This document shows, one piece after another, positions 59,742 to 64,000 of a stretch of DNA of 64,000 bases. Source of the DNA: an uncultured Bacteroidota bacterium (GTDB taxonomy: Bacteria > Bacteroidota > Bacteroidia > Flavobacteriales > Flavobacteriaceae); the NCBI GenBank assembly GCA_902584445.1, contig CACHZY010000003.1, positions 30,496 through 94,495 on the forward strand, given 5' to 3'. A model generated the notes under the pieces. That model ran no database searches. It was not told the DNA's origin and saw only the letters and a program-made list of their open reading frames with translations. Numbering within the stretch: position 1 is the first letter of the stretch; each line of letters opens with the position of its first letter. Made by a program: the position numbers and the translations under genes.

Positions 59742-60410
59742 AAAATTGCTTATTTATAATGCAAAGCCTAATACTGATTCAACTGTTTCCTGCATTCGGT
59801 CAAGAAATTCAATCTAATGCATGGAATGCTTTTTTTAGCGACTATTCTCTTACTTCATCAACTACAATTAGGACAGAGATCCATTACCGTAGTGTTGATT
59901 TTTATAGTACCAAAGATCAGATTCTATTTCGTCCTCAAATAAAAATTAAAATTGCTCCAGGAGTAAGTTTGACTTCTGGATATACATATGTCATGACAAA
60001 TACAGCTTTAGGAAATATGACTGAAAACAATATTTGGCGGCAGTTTGGATTTATATTTCCCTTTAAAAAACTTCGTTTTTTTGGTTAGATCCGAACTGAG
60101 CAACGCTTCATAAAAAGTCCAGTTGAAAAAACAATTTTTGGACATCGAATTAGATTTCGATCGGGTTTTGGGGTTCCTATTCTAGAAATTAAAAGAAAAA
60201 AAATAGAATTTATTGTTTTTAATGAAGTATTCATGAATTTCAAAGAAGGTTTCCCTTATAACTATAACCAAAATTGGACATTATTAGGGTTTGAAAAAAC
60301 TATCTAATAGAGCTACTCTACTTAGTGGATTTCAAAGGACATCAGTGAATGGTAAAAAAGGCTACATAAATAAAAATATATGGTCTACCATTATGTTCTA
60401 TAAACTTTAG
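59738..60410 (+). pseudogene. DUF2490-family outer-membrane protein gene disrupted by an in-frame TAG and a frameshift
   Basis: The frame continues past TAG (60086-60088) as IRTEQRF.. (a DUF2490 hallmark) to 60307. The C-terminus (..LSNRATLLSGFQ..STIMFYKL) continues in another frame to 60410. The two frames overlap around an A6 run (60294-60299). Confidence 0.7.
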
Positions 60411-60489
60411 ATAATTTCTTAATCACAATCATAATTTCGATAAACTAAATGAAGAAAATTACTTCAACCACAAAAATGAAAAAAAGCCA

Positions 60490-60577
60490 TTTTTAGTCAA
60501 TTTTCAGCCATTTTCGATCAATTTTAGCTAATTTTTGCTGATTTTTGATCATTTTTTGCCATTTTTTGAAAATTTTT
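60490..60577. repeat. array of nine helically phased T-tracts (degenerate 10-11-nt unit GNYNA-T4-6)
   Basis: T-runs start at 60490, 60501, 60511, 60522, 60532, 60542, 60552, 60562 and 60573 (spacings 11,10,11,10,10,10,10,11). Each is preceded by A. Confidence 0.9.
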
Positions 60578-60665
60578 GAGATATGGTTATATCTAAATAT
60601 GCACCCAATTGACTCTGAAAAAACCGATCTACAAAACCCACCCCACCTTTAGGTATTCAGAGAGA

Positions 60666-60947
60666 TCAAACCTTATTTAACTCAAAAATCTCATAACTCA
60701 CCATAACCTCATCAAAAATTGGTTTTGATACAGGATTTGAGCCATCCAAGAATGAATTCAACGCATCTTCATCGTGAACAGAAATCTTGAACATTACTGC
60801 ACTCTTATCTGGGGACACAGTACCTAAAGTTTTGGTTAAATCTGCAATTTTTCTTCTTTCATTCATCCCATGTTCAGACTGCATAAAGCCCATAAACTTT
60901 TCAAACTTACCCTCTTTCAGCTTTGCAACCACAAGTATATCTTTCAT
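60666..60947 (-). CDS. small hypothetical protein (93 aa)
   Basis: Uninterrupted ORF preceded by the shared 20-nt motif and a terminator of the upstream gene; no recognisable motif. Confidence 0.4.
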   Translation of the reverse strand: MKDILVVAKLKEGKFEKFMGFMQSEHGMNERRKIADLTKTLGTVSPDKSAVMFKISVHDEDALNSFLDGSNPVSKPIFDEVMVSYEIFELNKV

Positions 60948-60979
60948 TTTAGTTGATTTAAAATTAATATGATGCTAAT

Positions 60980-60999
60980 ATAACAAAACATATAAAAGA
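60980..60999 (-). promoter_or_regulatory. shared upstream motif, copy A (17/20 match to copies B and C)
   Basis: Plus strand ATAACAAAACATATAAAAGA, 33-52 nt upstream of the 93-aa gene ATG. Confidence 0.5.
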
Positions 61000-61007
61000 G
61001 GATAAAT

Positions 61008-61030
61008 AAAAAACCCTCCGCAAAGGAGGG
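61008..61030 (-). terminator. rho-independent terminator of the 61059..61550 gene
   Basis: Minus strand CCCTCC-TTTGC-GGAGGG followed by T6. Confidence 0.65.
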
Positions 61031-61058
61031 ATTATGATTAATGATTCGCAACTAAAAT

Positions 61059-61550
61059 TTATTTTTGAGATGCAGCAATTTCCTCATTCAATCGTGTAGG
61101 GTCAAATATCCAAGATGCGCTTACAATTTTTCCATCAACCCATTTAAATGATACATTTACTGGGTTTGGAGTATCAGTTTCTCCAGTCCTTTTAGATGTT
61201 CCTTTCCACCACCCCCACAAATGACTCCAAACTTGATTATTATTATTTTCATCATAAAAAGTGGTTTCAACAAAATTCATTGGCATATTAATATTTTTAT
61301 ATAATTTATGATGCATTGAGAAGCCGTCTCTTACTTGAATTTTATTGTAGTTTTCTCCATTAATTGAAAGAGTGGCGTCATTTGAAATGAATTTATTGAA
61401 TGCTGAAAAATCATTTTCAAAATAACCCTTATTTATTTCACGAATTGCCTCCGAGTATTTGTCAGAGGTTCTGGTTGTTCCAGTAATTTCTTGAGCTAAG
61501 GAATTAAAGGAACAGGCTAATAACAGTAATAAAAATATATTTTTTTTCAT
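61059..61550 (-). CDS. secreted SnoaL/NTF2-like protein
   Basis: Internal Met gives signal peptide MKKNIFLLLLLACSFNSLAQE. The longer track ORF would swallow motif copy B. C-terminus VSFKWVDGKIVSASWIFDP is NTF2-like. Confidence 0.5.
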   Translation of the reverse strand: MKKNIFLLLLLACSFNSLAQEITGTTRTSDKYSEAIREINKGYFENDFSAFNKFISNDATLSINGENYNKIQVRDGFSMHHKLYKNINMPMNFVETTFYDENNNNQVWSHLWGWWKGTSKRTGETDTPNPVNVSFKWVDGKIVSASWIFDPTRLNEEIAASQK

Positions 61551-61581
61551 TTTAAATAATTTATGGTTAATAATTGCTAAT

Positions 61582-61601
61582 ATAACAAAACCTACAAAAG
61601 G
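61582..61601 (-). promoter_or_regulatory. shared upstream motif, copy B
   Basis: Plus strand ATAACAAAACCTACAAAAGG, identical to copy C; 32-51 nt upstream of the ATG at 61550. Confidence 0.5.
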
Positions 61602-61603
61602 AG

Positions 61604-61786
61604 TTATATTCTGCTTTTCCAAGTTCCGCCATACTTATAATGTATGTTATTTCTTTTGACTTTTAGCAAACATTTTCTACAAGCAAAAACCCATTCTTTT
61701 TTAGCAAAGTGTCGCTGTAAATGGCGAATCCTATACAAGGTATTAAACTGAGTATTGCACTCACTACAATTCTTTTCTGCTGGCAT
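61604..61786 (-). CDS. small CxxC..CxxC zinc-ribbon protein (60 aa)
   Basis: CSEC..(27 aa)..CRKC pattern, basic, ends YKYGGTWKSRI; starts 9 nt after the stop of the preceding mini-gene. Confidence 0.4.
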   Translation of the reverse strand: MPAEKNCSECNTQFNTLYRIRHLQRHFAKKEWVFACRKCLLKVKRNNIHYKYGGTWKSRI

Positions 61787-61795
61787 AAATTCATT

Positions 61796-61933
61796 TTACA
61801 TTTTATTTATTACTGGCACAGCTACAAGAATTATATATAGACCAACCACTATAAGTTGGACTAACATAATAGCTACAATTAATTGTATACCTTTTTTTAT
61901 TGATTTTACATCTTGAGCTATAGAATCATTCAT
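61796..61933 (-). CDS. candidate 45-aa single-TM mini-protein
   Basis: Internal Met MNDSIAQDVKSIKKG + hydrophobic helix. The longer track ORF would reach the edge of motif copy C (7-nt overlap, 61978-61984). Confidence 0.3.
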   Translation of the reverse strand: MNDSIAQDVKSIKKGIQLIVAIMLVQLIVVGLYIILVAVPVINKM

Positions 61934-61977
61934 TTGAGTTAGTTTTTGAGTTTGGTCAAAGATAAGTAACATAGAAA

Positions 61978-61997
61978 ATAACAAAACCTACAAAAGG
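61978..61997 (-). promoter_or_regulatory. shared upstream motif, copy C
   Basis: Plus strand ATAACAAAACCTACAAAAGG; 45-64 nt upstream of the ATG at 61933; preceded on the minus strand by a hairpin. Confidence 0.5.
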
Positions 61998-62004
61998 GGA
62001 ACAA

Positions 62005-62042
62005 ATAAGAAAAGGCGCTAACAGTGAATTGACTGTTAACGC
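62005..62042 (-). terminator. possible terminator hairpin (11-bp stem, one mismatch) with T-rich tail on the minus strand
   Basis: GCGCTAACAGT-N6-ACTGTTAACGC. On the minus strand it is followed by CCTTTTCTTATTTG. No clear upstream minus-strand gene. Confidence 0.35.
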
Positions 62043-62120
62043 TTATCTTTGCTGGTGGTCCCACCTGTACTCATAACAATTTATAACTTACTGATATACA
62101 ATATATAAAAAAATATAATT

Positions 62121-62179
62121 AGTACCCGTGGGTACTATTTAGTGCCTCTTGGGTACTAAGTTCGTGATTTGGGTACTAA
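62121..62179. repeat. iteron-like repeats: AGTACCC-GT-GGGTACT palindrome plus two further TGGGTACTAA copies
   Basis: TGGGTACTA at 62129, 62150 and 62170 (20-21-bp spacing); inverted copy at 62121-62127; further inverted AGTACCCA at 62348-62355. Confidence 0.8.
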
Positions 62180-62666
62180 CAACCTCTGTTAGATCTGGCA
62201 GAAGTTATTTTCATCTTTTTTTACTCATTTTCTTTACGTTTTCTAAAGTTTCTAATACTTATACATAGAACCTATTGTTCTACTGAGTTGTAGATTACTT
62301 TAAGAAATACTTAATCTACCGAGATACTACACCTGACACATGGGGGAAGTACCCAATAATGACCAACACTCACCGATAGGTAAAACCAGTCATTAGTGTT
62401 CCGAGAGGTAAAGAAGAAAGGTCTGAACTCGTTAAAATGCAGATAGGTTGAATTCTTGTTTGAGTGTTTGTTAGATTCAACTGAAAAATGGAAACAGTTT
62501 TTAAATGGGAAATTCCCTTAATGGACTCATTATATCTAATTGTGAAATAGTAGTTAGATTTTAAATAATAGAAAAGTTTAAAATAAAGAGTATCAACCTC
62601 GAACTGATTAAGTATTTCAAGTACGAGGTTATTGCTGTTTTTTAAAATACTCTGAAAGTAAATAAT

Positions 62667-62861
62667 ATGATAAGGAATATAACAGAAGAACAAGCAAGAC
62701 TTATGGTAGAACTATTAATAAAGAAATCAGAATTGATTAAAAACTTTTCTCATAAACTTGAGAAATATCGTGTCTCAGGAGACAAAGAAACCTATAAAAA
62801 GAAGTTTAGAGAACTATTAGAAAAAGAAGAGATAAAAGTATATGGAAAGAAGATTAAGTAA
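62667..62861 (+). CDS. hypothetical Lys/Glu-rich 64-aa protein
   Basis: ORF ends inside the start of the HTH gene (overlap, possible coupling); helical low-complexity composition; weak. Confidence 0.3.
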   Translation: MIRNITEEQARLMVELLIKKSELIKNFSHKLEKYRVSGDKETYKKKFRELLEKEEIKVYGKKIK

Positions 62862-63015
62862 AAAGGATTTAATGGAACTCTATGGAGTAGATAGAGTAAC
62901 CATAGAAGATTGGAGAAGAAATAGAGGATTAAAGATGATAGAGGTATCTACTCATTCCAAATACATCACAGAAAAGGATTTATTAGAGTGGGAAAATAAT
63001 TTGAAAGAAAGTTAA
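62842..63015 (+). CDS. small helix-turn-helix protein (excisionase/AlpA-like), 57 aa
   Basis: Not in the ORF track (<60 aa). MERRLSKKDLMELYGVDRVTIEDWRRNRGLKMIE.. matches the usual 'LS.KE.A..LGVS..TI..W...G' Xis/HTH_17 pattern. Confidence 0.45.
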   Translation: MERRLSKKDLMELYGVDRVTIEDWRRNRGLKMIEVSTHSKYITEKDLLEWENNLKES

Positions 63016-63261
63016 TCAGTTAAGAGGTTAATTAATCAAAGTGTATCAGAATGAATAGAAGTGAAGGGTTGATATACTTTTTTTAAATCTTGTGATTTGA
63101 TTAGTGTATCAGTATTTACAGGATGAGGTTTCTTGTAACTGAGAAAATGCTTTTCCCCTAAACCCCAATCGGAGTGGTTTTTATATCGGAGTTAATTTTT
63201 TCTCCCAAGGGAAAATTATTTGGTTCGAGTCCATCAGGAGGAGCAACTTAAAATAAAAAAA

Positions 63262-63293
63262 CCGTTATACTGTTATAGTGTAACGGTTTTTTT
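63262..63293 (+). terminator. rho-independent terminator
   Basis: CCGTTATAC-N7-GTGTAACGG (9 bp including one G-U) followed by T7; 30 nt upstream of the CDF gene. Confidence 0.7.
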
Positions 63294-63325
63294 ATTTTTG
63301 ATAGTCCGTCAAACTAATACCGAAA

Positions 63326-64000
63326 ATGTACCAAACTCTCTTCAAAATTGATAAAATGGATTGTCCGTCAGAGGAAAATCTCATTCGAATGAAATTTGAA
63401 GAATTAACTCAAATAAAGCACTTAGAGTTTGACTTGAACCATAGGGAATTGACGGTTTTTCATAAACTCGGTATTGAAGAGATTGAAGAATGTCTCAAAC
63501 AGCTTAATCTCGGTCATAAAAAACTATACACTAAAAAAAGTAACCGACAATCCTTTGATCAGAATACGGGCCAAAGAAAGGTATTATGGTCTGTACTCAT
63601 AATTAATCTTGTTTTTTTCATTCTTGAAATGGGTTACGGCCTTGTTTCCAAATCTATGGGTTTGGTGGCCGATAGCTTAGATATGCTCGCAGATAGTTTT
63701 GTTTATGCAATCAGCTTAATCGCCGTCGGAAAATCTTTAGCCCATAAAAAAACAGTGGCTAAAATTGCTGGTTATTTTCAAATCATTTTGGCGCTTATAG
63801 GGTTTGGTGAGGTGATTAGAAGGACCATTTACAGTGTGGAATTTCCAAATTATCTAACTATGATTATCATCTCTGTTTTGGCGTTAGTCGGAAATGCCCT
63901 GTGCTTATATCTCTTACAAAAGTCAAAAGATAAAGATGAGGCCCACATCAAAGCCAGTCTTATTTTTACCTCGAATGATGTCGTGATTAATTTGGGAGTT
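63326..64000 (+). CDS. cation diffusion facilitator (CzcD/ZitB-like) transporter with N-terminal ferredoxin-like metal-domain, 3' end beyond window
   Basis: Not in the ORF track (no stop in window). ATG at 63326, open to base 64000. TM region SKSMGLVADSLDMLADSFVY (CDF signature). N-terminus FKIDKMDCPSEENLIRMK. Confidence 0.85.
   Translation, partial: MYQTLFKIDKMDCPSEENLIRMKFEELTQIKHLEFDLNHRELTVFHKLGIEEIEECLKQLNLGHKKLYTKKSNRQSFDQNTGQRKVLWSVLIINLVFFILEMGYGLVSKSMGLVADSLDMLADSFVYAISLIAVGKSLAHKKTVAKIAGYFQIILALIGFGEVIRRTIYSVEFPNYLTMIIISVLALVGNALCLYLLQKSKDKDEAHIKASLIFTSNDVVINLGV

Noticed and set aside
60481-60580. T-tract array as a coding repeat or microsatellite-encoded peptide
   Set aside because: All six frames contain stops, or lack a start for more than about 19 codons. 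Periodicity is 10-11 nt, not a multiple of 3.
61551-61622. N-terminal extension of the 61059 ORF (and likewise 61934..61984 of the 61796 ORF)
   Set aside because: The 61551..61622 extension would translate through shared motif copy B and place 24 residues before an obvious signal peptide. The 61934..61984 extension would reach into the 5' end of copy C. Internal Met starts are preferred.
60948-62053. Integron-like gene cassettes with attC sites
   Set aside because: Small same-strand ORFs separated by hairpins resemble cassettes. However, the hairpins are short GC stems with U-tails (terminators) and lack R''/L''-L'/R' architecture and the GTTRRRY core. No intI gene is present.
62200-62660. 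RNase P RNA, tmRNA or 6S RNA in the long non-coding stretch
   Set aside because: GAAGAAAGGTCTGAAC vaguely recalls the P4 GAGGAAAGUCC. The other universally conserved RNase P segments, a tmRNA tag reading frame (..ALAA stop) and a tRNA-like end are all absent.
62370-62693. 107-aa minus-strand ORF in the non-coding island region
   Set aside because: Low-complexity Tyr/Phe/Ile/Asn-rich translation, no signal or motif, overlaps the plus-strand 62667 ORF, and lies in AT-rich DNA where such ORFs arise by chance.
63121-63247. tRNA gene (tRNA-Gly-CCC-like)
   Set aside because: GGTTCGAGTCC plus a CTCCCAA loop are suggestive. However, the T stem gives only 3 pairs, the anticodon stem would be T-A/T-G only, and the 5' GGAGTGG cannot pair with the 3' side. 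Not a functional tRNA; reported only as a fragment.
1-64000. CRISPR arrays, rRNA genes, transposases/IS elements, recognisable defence or toxin-antitoxin systems
   Set aside because: No spaced identical direct repeats, no rRNA-like sequence, and no ORF with transposase, integrase, nuclease-helicase or Cas-like motifs was seen on either strand.

Overview
Low-GC, tightly packed bacterial chromosome segment. Gene content and order point to a marine Flavobacteriia-type Bacteroidota genome: DUF4270 / GT5-like / panC / panD; ileS / dksA-like / lspA; DUF177 / rpmF / fabH / accB / accC; CarboxypepD_reg-type TonB receptors; frequent TTG/GTG starts; almost no Shine-Dalgarno sequences. Bases 1-34.5 kb are conserved housekeeping genes (panCD, radA, gdhA, recO, ileS, lspA, uvrC, pgi, recJ, rsmI, tdk, alr, asd, accBC, fabH, rpmF, pdxA, ribE). 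From 34.5 kb the content becomes accessory. It starts with an ArnC/ArnT-like glycosyltransferase pair behind an unusual leader. A roughly 20 kb sulfatase/esterase/glycoside-hydrolase cluster follows (3 sulfatases, 2 esterases, a sialate-O-acetylesterase-like protein, a beta-propeller GH, an ADP-ribosylglycohydrolase-fold lipoprotein and several unknowns), with one TonB receptor and no SusC/SusD pair. The last 5 kb looks like a decayed island: a DUF2490 pseudogene, nine helically phased T-tracts, small-gene cassettes sharing a 20-nt upstream motif, iteron-like repeats, an Xis-like HTH gene and a tRNA-like fragment. A CDF metal transporter gene runs off the window end. No rRNA, intact tRNA, CRISPR array, transposase or recognisable defence system was found. 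I see no single clearly novel multi-gene system. The most unusual signals are non-coding or small: the phased T-tract array, the repeated motif cassettes, the SD-led mini-ORF leader, an 885-bp gap holding a 4-Cys mini-ORF, and a C7 tract splitting a lipoprotein gene. All calls come from reading translations and sequence by eye; hand-counted coordinates of small features may be off by 1-2 nt.
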